64,000 nucleotides of DNA from contig CBDFJR010000002.1 in assembly GCA_965248535.1 (NCBI GenBank), positions 608,001-672,000 of the forward strand. The letters run 5' to 3'. Both the position numbers and the translations under genes were made by a program. Below are positions 42,154 to 52,910 of this stretch, one piece after another. The notes below the pieces were generated by a model that saw nothing but the letters and a program-made list of their open reading frames with translations, was not told the DNA's origin and searched no databases. The DNA comes from Phormidesmis sp. (GTDB lineage Bacteria > Cyanobacteriota > Cyanobacteriia > Leptolyngbyales > Leptolyngbyaceae). Each line of letters opens with the position of its first letter. The stretch's first letter is position 1.

Positions 42154-43680
42154 ATGTCTTCTTCTGGTCGCTTTCAAAGCCGCTTCTTTAACGTTGTCTC
42201 GCATCAAGCTCAAAAAATAGCTGACCAGACCAAGAAGGCAGCGCGTCATCTCAAAGTCGCGACCCTTTGGGGAACGCAAATTTTGCTCTACCCCATCTAT
42301 GTTTTGTTTCAGTCAACTCGACTGATTGGGCAACAGATTGGACGAACCGTGCAGCGATCGCTCCTCCGCCTCCGTCTCAGCAACGTGATTCCGCAGCTAT
42401 CAGACCCGTCTCCGATCGCTGATTTAACCGTTGACACTCCGATTCAGCGCGTGTTGACGGCGATTCAAGACAGTTGGCTGCTGGCTGGCGCAACTTCATC
42501 TCATCTGGCAAAACTCGACCGCGATCGCTCCCTCATTGTCTCGGTTGCTGGGTCGGCTGTCACCATTCAAGGCATTGCCTCTCTGATCTCTACGGGCAAA
42601 CTTGTTTTAGTCACGATCGAAAATCAGGTGATGGATGTGCTGACGATCGAGCAGCAAACCCATCTCAAACAGCGCATCATCTGGGAGATGGCCAACTATT
42701 GGCGATATTGGCGGCGGCATTATATTGCCCCAACCCGTTCTCTGCGCTTGTTGCCCCTCGAAGACCGCCCGACGCTGCTGCCGCCCGTGCGAGTTTTTAG
42801 GCAACTGATGGCATGGGTGCAGAGTGGCCCGATCGCCGTTGCGGCCAATCTCTTTCAAGAATCAGATCTGACCGTTGAGCCAGCCCCGCTAGACTGGTTT
42901 TCGGCTGATTTAACGCTGTCTGAGTTTAGCCCAGCAGTCCTCACAGGCAACCTTCCGACCACTTCTAATCTGGCAAAGCTGATCCAACAACTGCCCTCGA
43001 TCGTAGATATGGAATCTCTGGTTTGGGCAGCCATCCGCTATTTTTTTGGAGAGCGTCCTCAAAGGCAGCTAGACTCAGGCATCGCCGAGATCGCATCAGC
43101 CGCCAATCCTCTGTGGCTCACTTCTGAAGACGTGTTTGGCACCGTTGCGGCGCTTCGAGGCGCAACCCCCCGATCGTCCCTCAGCGGAAAATCCGCAGCC
43201 GTGCAGATTGAGAAAACCTTTGTGCCCCTAGCTTATTTGTCGGCTCAAAAAGCTCATTTGTCGGCTCGAAAAGACTCTAAACCCCCTGCGCTGCCCTTTC
43301 AGAGAAACGTCACGATCGGAAGATCGCTGCAAAATTGGCTCAAGCGTTCCATCCCTCAGTCTAAAGCTCGCCCGCGATCGCGATCACCGTTGGCTCCCAT
43401 AAAAGCCAGCCCTCGTGAACTGGTGCGAACCACCCCTTCGCGGCCGTTAGCGCGGACAGAGGATCACGTTCAGTCTGCCATCTCCCGCGATCGCGAGCCA
43501 AGTCCAACGCTTCAGACATCGACTCGACCAACTGCATCAGACTATATCGACACGCAAGCCACCCCGATCGGCTATGTCAAATCTCCGCTGACCCGATTTT
43601 TAGAATGGCTCGATCGCGGCATGGTTTGGCTAGAAAATCAGTTGGCGGCCCTCTGGAATCTTCTGACTCGCCAGTCCTGA
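42154..43680 (+). CDS. Hypothetical protein
   Basis: 508-aa ORF with a low-complexity middle. No family recognised. Confidence 0.7.
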   Translation: MSSSGRFQSRFFNVVSHQAQKIADQTKKAARHLKVATLWGTQILLYPIYVLFQSTRLIGQQIGRTVQRSLLRLRLSNVIPQLSDPSPIADLTVDTPIQRVLTAIQDSWLLAGATSSHLAKLDRDRSLIVSVAGSAVTIQGIASLISTGKLVLVTIENQVMDVLTIEQQTHLKQRIIWEMANYWRYWRRHYIAPTRSLRLLPLEDRPTLLPPVRVFRQLMAWVQSGPIAVAANLFQESDLTVEPAPLDWFSADLTLSEFSPAVLTGNLPTTSNLAKLIQQLPSIVDMESLVWAAIRYFFGERPQRQLDSGIAEIASAANPLWLTSEDVFGTVAALRGATPRSSLSGKSAAVQIEKTFVPLAYLSAQKAHLSARKDSKPPALPFQRNVTIGRSLQNWLKRSIPQSKARPRSRSPLAPIKASPRELVRTTPSRPLARTEDHVQSAISRDREPSPTLQTSTRPTASDYIDTQATPIGYVKSPLTRFLEWLDRGMVWLENQLAALWNLLTRQS

Positions 43681-43793
43681 CGCGGCATCCTTCACTTTTT
43701 CATAATAATTGAACCCCTCTTTAGGTAATATATAAAGACGATGCCGTCCCTAACGGAACTTTTCGCGCCTTTAATCACTCTGGAGTTATCAGC

Positions 43794-43910
43794 ATGGTGA
43801 CACTCAAAATCGTTGTTTATATCGTTGTTACCTTCTTTTCACTGCTATTTATTTTTGGATTTCTATCCAGTGACCCCTCCCGGAACCCTAAGCGGAGAGA
43901 TTTGGAATAA
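43794..43910 (+). CDS. psbI: Photosystem II protein I (absent from the ORF track)
   Basis: Hand translation: [38 protein letters not shown]. Confidence 0.97.
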   Translation: MVTLKIVVYIVVTFFSLLFIFGFLSSDPSRNPKRRDLE

Positions 43911-43934
43911 CCTCCAAACCTTTCCCGCAAGGTC

Positions 43935-43963
43935 AGAGGGCAGTCCATTACTGTCCTCTTTTT
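43935..43963 (+). terminator. Intrinsic terminator after psbI
   Basis: AGAGGGCAGT-CCATT-ACTGTCCTCT followed by TTTT. Confidence 0.7.
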
Positions 43964-44012
43964 CATTCTGGCGCGGGATTTGTCAGGCGTTTCGATCGAG
44001 TAGCTTTAGCGT

Positions 44013-46250
44013 ATGCCTTTCCCGGTTCCGCCCCCTGCACCCCCTTTTATCAGTGCTCCTTCTCGGTTTAGCCCGGTGACGCTGCCCACGGTGCCCTCTT
44101 CTCAGGTTTTAGAGTCAGCCCAACCGACCCTAACAGAATCTGTCAAACCCGCCCCACCCGAAGTTTCGCCAGCCACCCTTGCTGATTTAAGCGCTCCAAA
44201 AACTCTGCGCGAGGCTGACTTTAGCGAGTTGGGTGATTCATCTTCGTCAGATTCGTCAACCTCGGCTCAAGCCCCGATTAGTCAGCCTTCGATTCCTCAA
44301 CTGCCGAGCCAGATCCCGCAGCCTGAGCTACCGATCGCTCCCTCTCCAGCACCGCCTAAGCCCGTTGCGCCTGCCAATATTCCAGTCAATCAACTCGGCA
44401 GAGAAGGGTTTTTAGAACTCAAAGCCGATCGTCAAGACTATGATGCAGGGCGACAAATTTTTACCGCCGAAGGAAATGTCTCTCTCAAATTCCGAGGGGC
44501 GCTGCTGACGGGCGATCGCGTTCAGGTCAATTTGCTCAATCGGCTCACCGTCGCTGAAGGCAATGTAGTGCTGACCAGAGGGCAACAAATCCTACGTGGT
44601 CAGCGATTTCGCTATAACCTGATTCAAGAAGAAGGGATCATTGAGCGAGCGTCGGGCGATGTGTTTTTGCCCAACACCGCCACTGACTTTAACCCCAGTT
44701 TGCCGACTGATATCACCGCAGGCACCGTGCCCGGACGATCGGTGGGCGATCGCAACACCGCCGTTCAGCCTAGTCAGGTGTCTAGTCCGGGTGGGGTCAA
44801 CTTTACGTTAGGGTCACGGCGCAACGTCGCGGGGTCATCCGTCGTGCCCCGACCTGGCGGAGATGTCAGACGAGTGCGGTTTGAAGCCGACGAGATTGAG
44901 TTTTATCCCGAAGGGTGGCGCGCTAAAAAGATTCGTCTCACTAATGATCCGTTTTCGCCACCAGAGCTAGAAGTGCGCGCAGAACGGGCAGAACTGACTC
45001 GCCTCTCGCCCCTGCGGGACGAACTGGTGGCAACTCACCCTCGATTGGTGTTTGATCAGCGATTTTCACTGCCGCTATTGCGAAATCGAGTCATCTTCGA
45101 TCGCAGTCAGCGTCAGCCCGCGCTGGTTAATTTTGGACTCGACACCGAAGATCGCGGCGGCGTGTTTTTAGAGCGAGAAATTCCAGTCATTCCTCAAGGC
45201 CCGGTGCAGTTTACGCTCACTCCGCAGTTTCTGATTCAACGGGCGATCTCTAACGGCGGCAACCCCTTTAACCCAGATAACTTTGGGCTAAAGAGTAATT
45301 TTTTAGCGCAGATCACCCCTAGAACTCAAGTTCGTGCGGTTGGAGTGCTGACGAGTCTAGATTTGGGCAAAGTTGAAACCAATTTGCGGGCCAGCCTCAG
45401 AGCGCAGCAGCTAATCGGCACCCACACTTTAAGTTTAGAAGCGAGCTATCGCGATCGCTTGTTCAACAATTCCCTAGGCTTTCAAGACATTCAAAGCAGC
45501 ATCGGGGCGCTGTTCTTTTCACCGATCATTCCGCTGGGCGACACGGGCATTAATCTCAGCTATCAGGTGGGCTATCAATATGTGAATGCTGACACCGATC
45601 GGGCTGACCTTCTAGAGCCGATCCGTCGCAATAATCGCATTAGTTTAGGGCGGTTTCAAGCCAGTGCAGCCTTGAGTCGGGGCTTTTTGCTCTGGCAAGG
45701 CACCCCAGCCCCAGCCACCCCCACTGAAGGGCTGCGCTATTCTCCTAACCCGGTGGTTCCTTATCTATCGGTTGCCCTCGGCTTAACAGGAGTAGGCACA
45801 TCTTATAGCAATGGCGATCGCCAAAATAATTTGAATGGCAGTGTTTCTCTGTTTGGGCAGGTTGGTCATTTCTCTCGCCCATTTTTAGACTACACCGCGT
45901 TTAATCTCACCTATACCCAGGTGGTGCGATCGGGTCTCTCGCCCTTTTTGTTCGATCGGGTTGCCGATGATCAGATTCTCTACGCAGGCATCACCCAGCA
46001 AATCTACGGCCCGTTTCGCCTCGGCTTCCAGACGGTTTATAACGTGCAGACGGGTCGAGAAATCAGCACCGACTATCTTTTAGAATATAGCCGTCGCACC
46101 TATAGCGTAGGGTTGCGCTACAACCCCGTGCAGCAGCTTGGCTCAGTCAGCTTGCGGATCAGCGACTTTAACTGGACAGGCGGCGACGAAGCCTTTAACG
46201 GCAGCGGCGTGATTCCGGTGCAGGGTGGCGTGATTCGTCCGTCTCAGTAG
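44013..46250 (+). CDS. DUF3769 / LptD-like outer-membrane protein
   Basis: Pro-rich N-terminus, OstA-like ADRQDYD...AEGNV, TNDPFSPPEL and EYSRRTY...RISDFNW. Confidence 0.85.
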   Translation: MPFPVPPPAPPFISAPSRFSPVTLPTVPSSQVLESAQPTLTESVKPAPPEVSPATLADLSAPKTLREADFSELGDSSSSDSSTSAQAPISQPSIPQLPSQIPQPELPIAPSPAPPKPVAPANIPVNQLGREGFLELKADRQDYDAGRQIFTAEGNVSLKFRGALLTGDRVQVNLLNRLTVAEGNVVLTRGQQILRGQRFRYNLIQEEGIIERASGDVFLPNTATDFNPSLPTDITAGTVPGRSVGDRNTAVQPSQVSSPGGVNFTLGSRRNVAGSSVVPRPGGDVRRVRFEADEIEFYPEGWRAKKIRLTNDPFSPPELEVRAERAELTRLSPLRDELVATHPRLVFDQRFSLPLLRNRVIFDRSQRQPALVNFGLDTEDRGGVFLEREIPVIPQGPVQFTLTPQFLIQRAISNGGNPFNPDNFGLKSNFLAQITPRTQVRAVGVLTSLDLGKVETNLRASLRAQQLIGTHTLSLEASYRDRLFNNSLGFQDIQSSIGALFFSPIIPLGDTGINLSYQVGYQYVNADTDRADLLEPIRRNNRISLGRFQASAALSRGFLLWQGTPAPATPTEGLRYSPNPVVPYLSVALGLTGVGTSYSNGDRQNNLNGSVSLFGQVGHFSRPFLDYTAFNLTYTQVVRSGLSPFLFDRVADDQILYAGITQQIYGPFRLGFQTVYNVQTGREISTDYLLEYSRRTYSVGLRYNPVQQLGSVSLRISDFNWTGGDEAFNGSGVIPVQGGVIRPSQ

Positions 46251-46344
46251 CGAATAGCTCGTGTTGTGTGAAACTAATCTAAACTCAAGGCAGACCCGAT
46301 TGTGAATTCCCATCTCAAGGGAGCTGCGGCTGCGACTCACGTTT

Positions 46345-46965
46345 ATGACGGAACTGGCAAAAAGTATTCAAGAAGCCGAAAAAAGTGCGATCGTCTACGC
46401 CACCGATCTGCTAACTCACTATAGTTTTGAGTTGGGCGATCGCACGGTTGGCCAGCTTACCCAGCATTGGCTCAAAGACTTTTCGGCGGGTTGGATTCGA
46501 TTAGCCGTGATCGAAGCGCTCTATCAAGGACGCTATAAAGCGGTGTCGGTTGACCAAATTTTGCTGCTCTGGAAGCGCCGCAGCCAGCCCTGCTATCACT
46601 TTAACTATGAGTTTGAGCGGTTGGTGTGCAACAAGTTTCCTAGAGATCTGAGTCAGCGATCGGGGTCAGTTTTAGCGATCGCGCTAGACCCATCTCACCG
46701 AGAAGAAGTCCTGTCCCTTGCCTCTGCTGACCCTGCAAATCTTGAAGCAGAAGTCGCTGGCTCGATCGAGCCAGCCGCCGATCTCATTTCTAAGCAGCCT
46801 GCCGCAGCCGTTGAAGCGTCAGAGTTGAGTTTAATGGCAGCGATCGTAGAGATTGAAGAGTCACAGCCCCCCATTCACCAGTTCACGCCCCCCAGCCCCA
46901 ACGGGTCAGACTTTCACAGCAAACTAAAAGCCGTTGCAGAAAGCGGCAGCGAAGAACCTGTCTAA
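46345..46965 (+). CDS. Conserved cyanobacterial hypothetical protein
   Basis: WIRLAVIEALYQGRYKAVSVDQIL..W.RR.QP..HF..EFE. Confidence 0.8.
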   Translation: MTELAKSIQEAEKSAIVYATDLLTHYSFELGDRTVGQLTQHWLKDFSAGWIRLAVIEALYQGRYKAVSVDQILLLWKRRSQPCYHFNYEFERLVCNKFPRDLSQRSGSVLAIALDPSHREEVLSLASADPANLEAEVAGSIEPAADLISKQPAAAVEASELSLMAAIVEIEESQPPIHQFTPPSPNGSDFHSKLKAVAESGSEEPV

Positions 46966-47070
46966 GATCAACCCTCCCACATTCAATCAAACCGACCTAG
47001 GGGCATGGCATTGCTCTGGCCATCGTCGTTGCACAGAACCAAACGATTGATTGCCCATCCAAATTAAGAC

Positions 47071-47628
47071 TCAAGAAGAACTCGTCGCTTGATCCGCCGC
47101 TTTTTCGGGTGGTTTAGCAACGCCCATCCGCACTTCAGAACAAAAAGAAGTCATGCTAAAGCCGCCAAACCGTTTGAGAATGCTGTGACGCAACCGCACA
47201 TTTGGGCTTTCAAACCAAAACCGCTCTTTAGAAGACATTGACCCATCTTCACGGGTGAGAATCAGTTCTTCGCCATTCATGAGATAGCGACCTAAAACGG
47301 GCGTTTTCTCAGAGCCACCTCCGCGCAGCACTTGACCCTCGTTAGGCGTAGCCGGATCGCTCAGGGGCACCAACACCGTAGACCCTGAAGGTTTGGCTTC
47401 ACCCCCTTCCATCGTGCCGTTCCAAGTGACCCGAACCCCGCACAGCGCCGTAGTGGGATCGGCTTTATACCACTCACAGAGTTTAATCACTTCAGGGTTT
47501 GTCTTGTCGAGCACGTCAATCACAATATCTGACCTGCCCCCTTCTTGGTGTTTAACCGCCAAGTTGTGACTAGTCCGCAATGAAGACCACTTACCCGCGC
47601 TCTGCTGAAAAAACTCGACGATATCCAT
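47071..47628 (-). CDS. cpcS: CpcS/CpeS-type phycobiliprotein lyase
   Basis: MDIVEFFQQSAGKW.S.RTSH, ERFWFESPNVRLR and SFCSEVR. Confidence 0.85.
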   Translation of the reverse strand: MDIVEFFQQSAGKWSSLRTSHNLAVKHQEGGRSDIVIDVLDKTNPEVIKLCEWYKADPTTALCGVRVTWNGTMEGGEAKPSGSTVLVPLSDPATPNEGQVLRGGGSEKTPVLGRYLMNGEELILTREDGSMSSKERFWFESPNVRLRHSILKRFGGFSMTSFCSEVRMGVAKPPEKAADQATSSS

Positions 47629-47721
47629 GAATCAATGATCCTGTTCTAGCGGCTCATGCAATCATCTTAGATTTTAAGGGTTTAGAGGGGAAGTGGCAGG
47701 GATCGGGCCTAGTTTCTGCCC

Positions 47722-49515
47722 CTACTGCTCGATCGAGGCTTTTAACCCCCGGCTTGCCAGGGTTTGCAGAAGCTCATTTGCTTTTGCCTGATCGCCAAAG
47801 GCCCCCGCTTGCAGCAGAGTGCGCCCCTTGAGAGAAACCGTGAACGCACCGGGCACGATCGCTCTGACCTGGGCTTGCTCCCCCTCGCTCAGAGCTTCGA
47901 CGACGACGCGATAGCGCAACCCCAACGCAGTCGCCCGGCTCGGCAGCGAAGGAGGACTTCCTTCAGAATTTCTCGTGGCCGTTCGCCAAACGGGAACCGT
48001 GGGCATATCACCAACATTGCCGATCGGAGCGTCACCACCGGGCACCAACAGCACTCCCTGAGCATTGGATAGGGCGATCGTGGGAGCCACAGGCATCGCT
48101 GATCTAGCGGAGGCTGCTACAGGAGCCGAGGCAACCGAGCCAGACTCCGGCAGCGGCACCGGGATCTCGATCGCTCCGGTCGATGGGGCGGCATAATTCC
48201 TCCAAGACGGCGGCGCTGTCACAGGCAAGGCAGAACGGGTCGAGATCGCTTTCAGCGCTGGCAGACGAGCCGCACTCGTAGCTGCGGGTCTGGTGAAAAG
48301 CGGTGATCGCTGGGCTTCTGGCGCAGACGTTGTGGACGGGGGCACCGCGATCGTGATCCTAGGCGACTGAGCACGGGGAATCTGCTGCCCAACCCCGATC
48401 GACGAGGCAACGTTAATCGGCACTGCCACGGGCATCTCGGCGACTGAGGCCGTTCCTGACAAATCTAGTTTGCCATTGGTTTTAGCGGCGGCAATCTGAT
48501 TGCCGAAAGTGGGAATGGTCTCGCTGCTGGCCCGGCTGTTGATGTCAAACTGACCATTGTTTAAAAACGTGTTGTTGCCGGGGTCAGTGGCGGTGCCCAA
48601 ATTGGGACGCGCCCCCGCGATCGCCACCAGCCCATCGCGATCGTTGCCATCGATCACATTGTTGCGAAAAATCGGCTGTGCTCTGCCCTGAACGACAATG
48701 CCATCTTTGTTTTGAGTGATGCGATTGCCAGCAATGCGCGGGGCTGCATTTTGAGTGATGTTGATGCCAAAGCCCGTCTTCTCAAAGATGTTCTCGGTTA
48801 GCTCTGGGCGAGAGGTGCCATAGATGGTGATGCCGTTTGCCCCGTTTTGGTAAAAATAGTTATTGCGAAGAATGGGCGCACTGCTGCCCACCACTGAGAC
48901 TCCATCGTGGCCGCTGGCCGTAAACGTGTTGTCGCTCACCACGGGGCTAGTTGACTCTATCCACAGCCCATAGCCCTGATTGTGGGGATTAGTCACCGTG
49001 ACCCCGGTTAACCCGGCTTGGTTTGCGCCCACGATCGTCACATTTTGACGCGCAAAACTGCGGCTCAAAAATCCTCCACTGCCTTTGATGATCACTGCTT
49101 GACCGCGATCGCGTGGCTCTCCTTTAATCGTCGTTCCGGGCTTTAGCTGAAGCGGAAACGTCTCGCCTGTCTCAGCGCTATAGGTGCCGGGTGCTAACAC
49201 AATAATGGTGTTAGGCTGCACCACACGCAGGGCTTGCGTAATCGTTTTGAGCGGTGCCTGCTCACTGCCGCTGTTGGTGTCAGTCCCGATCGTGGAGTTG
49301 ATAAACAGCAGACTATACGATGCCTGACCGCTAGGCATCTGAGCAATCTGCAAAGGCACCTGAGCCGCGACAGACTGACCCATCAGCACCGCACCGCACA
49401 GCAGCGAAAGGGTGATCAAGGTTCTCAGGGTGACGGTTTGGTTCCAGGGGTCTCTTAGAGAGACGATCGTTGACAGATAGAGGGGGCGATCGATTCGAGC
49501 AGGAAACCAACTCAC
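47722..49515 (-). CDS. DUF1565 parallel beta-helix exported protein (start uncertain)
   Basis: GSEQAPLKTITQAL, LAPGTYSAETGETFPL, NosD-like repeats and a SPOR-like C-terminus. The longer 5' extension in the ORF track overlaps thiE and looks non-coding. Confidence 0.8.
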   Translation of the reverse strand: MSWFPARIDRPLYLSTIVSLRDPWNQTVTLRTLITLSLLCGAVLMGQSVAAQVPLQIAQMPSGQASYSLLFINSTIGTDTNSGSEQAPLKTITQALRVVQPNTIIVLAPGTYSAETGETFPLQLKPGTTIKGEPRDRGQAVIIKGSGGFLSRSFARQNVTIVGANQAGLTGVTVTNPHNQGYGLWIESTSPVVSDNTFTASGHDGVSVVGSSAPILRNNYFYQNGANGITIYGTSRPELTENIFEKTGFGINITQNAAPRIAGNRITQNKDGIVVQGRAQPIFRNNVIDGNDRDGLVAIAGARPNLGTATDPGNNTFLNNGQFDINSRASSETIPTFGNQIAAAKTNGKLDLSGTASVAEMPVAVPINVASSIGVGQQIPRAQSPRITIAVPPSTTSAPEAQRSPLFTRPAATSAARLPALKAISTRSALPVTAPPSWRNYAAPSTGAIEIPVPLPESGSVASAPVAASARSAMPVAPTIALSNAQGVLLVPGGDAPIGNVGDMPTVPVWRTATRNSEGSPPSLPSRATALGLRYRVVVEALSEGEQAQVRAIVPGAFTVSLKGRTLLQAGAFGDQAKANELLQTLASRGLKASIEQ

Positions 49516-49823
49516 GACTTTTCTCCTAGACACGGCTTGCAGATAAATAACGTAACTGTAATGGGTGCGACTGAGCGGGCGCGACTGTTTGAGACTGGTA
49601 GAGCGCGAAAACAGTCCTTCAATTTTGTCTACAGATCTCTCAAACGAGACAAACTTTAAGAAACTTAACAAACGGGAACACAGAACAGCCGCTGGAGATC
49701 GGAGGATAAGGTAGGGACGTTTGCTGCGACGCGACGGCAAAATGATCGATCTGGAGTCCCCGATCGTGCCTCTAAGGTTCCTCTCTCTGACTGCTACGAT
49801 GAAAAATTCATGGGTTTGTTCCG

Positions 49824-50942
49824 ATGGGCAACACACACAGCCGCAGCCAATTTGCACACCCTGCACTGTATCGAATTTTGGATGCTAACCTCGATCGCAC
49901 TCGCGAAGGGCTGCGCGTCATTGAAGAATGGTGCCGTTTTGGTCTCAACAATGCCCCACTCACTGAGCGCTGCAAATCTCTGCGACAAGAACTGGCTCAG
50001 TGGCACACGCCTCAACTTCGTGCCGCCCGCAACACACCCGGCGATCTGGGCACTGAGTTAACCCATCCTCAAGAGGAAACGCGAGACAGCATCGAACACG
50101 TCTTGCAGGTCAATTTTTGCCGCATCGAAGAAGCCCTAAGAGTGCTCGAAGAATATGGCAAAGTCTATAGCATCGAGATGGCTGCCGCCGTTAAGCAGAT
50201 GCGCTATCAGGTCTACACCCTAGAGAGCAGCCTGATGTCCTATGAGCGTCACCAAACCTTAAGGCGATCGTCGCTCTATCTGGTCACGTCTCCCTCAGAA
50301 AATCTATTTGCCACGATCGAGGCGGCCCTAAAAGGCGGGTTAGCGATCGTGCAATATCGCGATAAAGAAACCGATGATCAGACGCGACTATCCAACGCCC
50401 GCAAGCTCCAACAGCTTTGTCAAGATTATGGAGCGCTGTTTATCGTCAACGATCGCGTAGATTTAGCCCTTGCGGTGAATGCGGATGGCGTTCATTTAGG
50501 TCAGCAAGATATGCCCCTTGATCTAGCCCGTCAACTGTTGGGGCCTCAGCGATTAGTCGGACGCTCTACGACTAACGCCAGTGAGCTAGAGCGCGCCATC
50601 GGCGAAGGGGCAGATTATGTCGGGGTCGGGCCGGTTTATCAAACCCCCACCAAAGAAGGCAAGGCAGCCGCCGGAATCGACTATGTAAAATATGCCGCAG
50701 AGCACTGCCCGATACCCTGGTTTGCGATCGGGGGCATTGACACCCACAATGTTCAAGACGTTCTCTCAGCCGGGGCACAGCGCATCTCGGTCGTTCGGGC
50801 GATTATGCAAGCCGACCAGCCCACCCTAGCGACGCAATATTTTCTGGCCCAGCTAAATCAGAAGCCGGGTCTTCACGGGAGCCGCAGAACCCTCTCAACG
50901 GGTCATTCATCCCCTTTAGCCACCGAGGATCTGTGGAGTTAG
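49824..50942 (+). CDS. thiE: Thiamine-phosphate synthase, cyanobacterial long form
   Basis: RILDANLDR.REGLRVIEE, NDRVDLA, GVHLGQQD, TPTK and FAIGGI. Confidence 0.95.
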   Translation: MGNTHSRSQFAHPALYRILDANLDRTREGLRVIEEWCRFGLNNAPLTERCKSLRQELAQWHTPQLRAARNTPGDLGTELTHPQEETRDSIEHVLQVNFCRIEEALRVLEEYGKVYSIEMAAAVKQMRYQVYTLESSLMSYERHQTLRRSSLYLVTSPSENLFATIEAALKGGLAIVQYRDKETDDQTRLSNARKLQQLCQDYGALFIVNDRVDLALAVNADGVHLGQQDMPLDLARQLLGPQRLVGRSTTNASELERAIGEGADYVGVGPVYQTPTKEGKAAAGIDYVKYAAEHCPIPWFAIGGIDTHNVQDVLSAGAQRISVVRAIMQADQPTLATQYFLAQLNQKPGLHGSRRTLSTGHSSPLATEDLWS

Positions 50943-50944
50943 TT

Positions 50945-51157
50945 ATGGCCGATCTCATCACCCTTCACGTTAATGGAGACCTGCACACCTGCCATGCTAG
51001 AACGCTGCTGCCCGACCTGTTGGAGCAATTGGGACTGAATCCCCGGTTGATTGCCGTAGAATATAATGGCGAGATTTTGCACCGTCAGTTTTGGACAGAA
51101 ACCGAAATTAAACCCGACGATCGCTTAGAGATTGTGACGATCGTGGGCGGTGGCTAA
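50945..51157 (+). CDS. thiS: Sulfur carrier protein ThiS
   Basis: VNG...AVEYNGEIL...EIVTIVGGG. Confidence 0.95.
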   Translation: MADLITLHVNGDLHTCHARTLLPDLLEQLGLNPRLIAVEYNGEILHRQFWTETEIKPDDRLEIVTIVGGG

Positions 51158-51347
51158 GGTCGAGGGCGATCCTCTCGTTCGGTTATCTCCCCTCAAACTT
51201 GACCTATGAGACATTTCCAACCTCTAGGGAAGGCGATAAAGTAGAGAGGTAGGAATCGCTTAAGATTCGTAAAGAAATGTTAAGTTACCTACATTTGCTC
51301 ACCTCAGCCCAAATAGGCTGAGACAAGCCTAGATAGGTACAAAGGTT

Positions 51348-52319
51348 ATGAACCCAAAAACATCTTCCTTGATGAAATCCTTTTTGAAATCTTTAGTGGC
51401 GATCGGGCTGGTGATTGCCCTCGCAATGGGTCACGCTGACAGCGCTTTGGCGGCTCGCAGTGGCGGCCGCATCGGGGGCGGATCGTTTAGAGCACCTAGC
51501 CGCACCTATGCTCCTCCTAGTCGCACTGCCCCTGGCTATGGCGGCAGCTATGGTGGTGGCTATGGCGGCGGCTATGGCGGCGGGTTTGGGTTTCCCTTCA
51601 TCTTGCCGTTTATTGGTGGCGGCGGCTTTGGTGGGCTGTTTAGCGTGCTGATCTTTTTGTCGATCGCTGGGTTTTTAGTTCAAAGTTTCCGCCGCAATGC
51701 TGACGGGGGCGATGAGATGGGCTACACCAATCCTCCGGTATCGATCGCTAAAGTGCAGGTGGGGTTGCTAGCCGAAGCGCGCAATTTGCAGGCTGACCTC
51801 GATCGCATTGCTGAAAGAGCCAACACCAACACCAACGAAGGGTTGACCCAAGTCTTGCAAGAAACCACACTGGCAATGCTGCGTCACCCTGAATATTGGG
51901 TCTATGGAGCCGACGAATCTCAGCAAGCGCGCTTAGAAGCTGCCGAAGCGCAGTTCAATCGCCTGGCCCTATCTGAGCGCAGCAAATTCACAGCCGAAAC
52001 GCTGTCTAACGTCAACAATCAGCTTAAGCAAGGCTCTAGCGGCAGCGCTTTAGCGATCGCCGAAAAGGGTGGAGCCTTAGCTGAGTCTCAAGAGCCAGGT
52101 GAATATATTGTGGTGACGCTGATCGCCGCCACTCAAGGCAAGCTAGAACTGCCCCCGATCAATAGCTCAGAAGACTTGAGAAAAGCGTTGAGCCTATTGG
52201 GAGGAATTTCAAGCGATCGCCTCTTGGCCCTAGAGATCCTCTGGACTCCTCAAGCCGAGGGTGATGTCTTGACTCGCGATGATGTGATTGCTGAATATCC
52301 CAACTTGAAGCTAGTGTAA
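51348..52319 (+). CDS. DUF1517-family protein
   Basis: ARSGGRIGGGSF, Gly-rich stretch, KVQVGLL, ERSKF and EILWTPQ. Confidence 0.9.
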   Translation: MNPKTSSLMKSFLKSLVAIGLVIALAMGHADSALAARSGGRIGGGSFRAPSRTYAPPSRTAPGYGGSYGGGYGGGYGGGFGFPFILPFIGGGGFGGLFSVLIFLSIAGFLVQSFRRNADGGDEMGYTNPPVSIAKVQVGLLAEARNLQADLDRIAERANTNTNEGLTQVLQETTLAMLRHPEYWVYGADESQQARLEAAEAQFNRLALSERSKFTAETLSNVNNQLKQGSSGSALAIAEKGGALAESQEPGEYIVVTLIAATQGKLELPPINSSEDLRKALSLLGGISSDRLLALEILWTPQAEGDVLTRDDVIAEYPNLKLV

Positions 52320-52354
52320 TGTCAGTTTAGCCCAACCATTCTCGTGTTTAGACC

Positions 52355-52399
52355 GGGCTGAATGTAGACTAAACTGTCTAGGTTCAGCCCAAATTTTTT
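52355..52399 (+). terminator. Probable intrinsic terminator
   Basis: GGGCTGAA...TTCAGCCC hairpin followed by AAATTTTTT. Confidence 0.6.
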
Positions 52400-52414
52400 G
52401 CCATAAATCGATTA

Positions 52415-52864
52415 ATGGACACTGCAAACTTTCTCATCGTGGTGATTGCCATTAGCGCGGTTGCCGGAGTTGGAATTGGCTCAATGGTCTGGGCTTATGT
52501 GGGCGCAGGGAGTCGAGCCATTCTCTTTAAGGAGCCGATCGTTAAAGTCAGTTTAGATCAAAAAAACGAGGCCCTTCCGCCCTTTCAGCAGGGCATTGTT
52601 GAGTTTAGAGAAGGGCGTTATCTAGCGGCGATCGAGCACTTTACCCAAGCGATTCAGCTAGACCCCGCGATTGCAGAGATCTATCACGATCGGGGGTTAG
52701 CCTTTGCCAATTTGCGCCGCGATGATGATGCGACGTTTAACCTGGTTAAAGCCAGTGAGCTTTATTTAGAGCAGGGCGATCGAGACTCAGTGACGATCGT
52801 CAAACAAAATCTAGAGGCCCTCAAAGCGAGAAAGCAAGCGCGCGAAAAGGCGAATGCAAATTAA
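52415..52864 (+). CDS. Membrane-anchored TPR protein
   Basis: N-terminal TM and AIEHFTQAIQLDP..AEIYHDRGLA. Confidence 0.85.
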   Translation: MDTANFLIVVIAISAVAGVGIGSMVWAYVGAGSRAILFKEPIVKVSLDQKNEALPPFQQGIVEFREGRYLAAIEHFTQAIQLDPAIAEIYHDRGLAFANLRRDDDATFNLVKASELYLEQGDRDSVTIVKQNLEALKARKQAREKANAN

Positions 52865-52910
52865 TCAATTAATTCAGTTACTTTACCAATTTGCGCCGCC
52901 TAATCTCCGA

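Noticed and set aside
43813..44079. 88-aa ORF
   Set aside because: Off-frame overlap of psbI and its terminator.
49520..49823. TPP or cyclic-dinucleotide riboswitch upstream of thiE or the DUF1565 gene
   Set aside because: Only weak hairpins. The conserved aptamer motifs were not found.
51300..51325. GGCTGAGA as part of a TPP riboswitch
   Set aside because: It is one arm of a short hairpin downstream of thiS, and the remaining TPP elements are absent.
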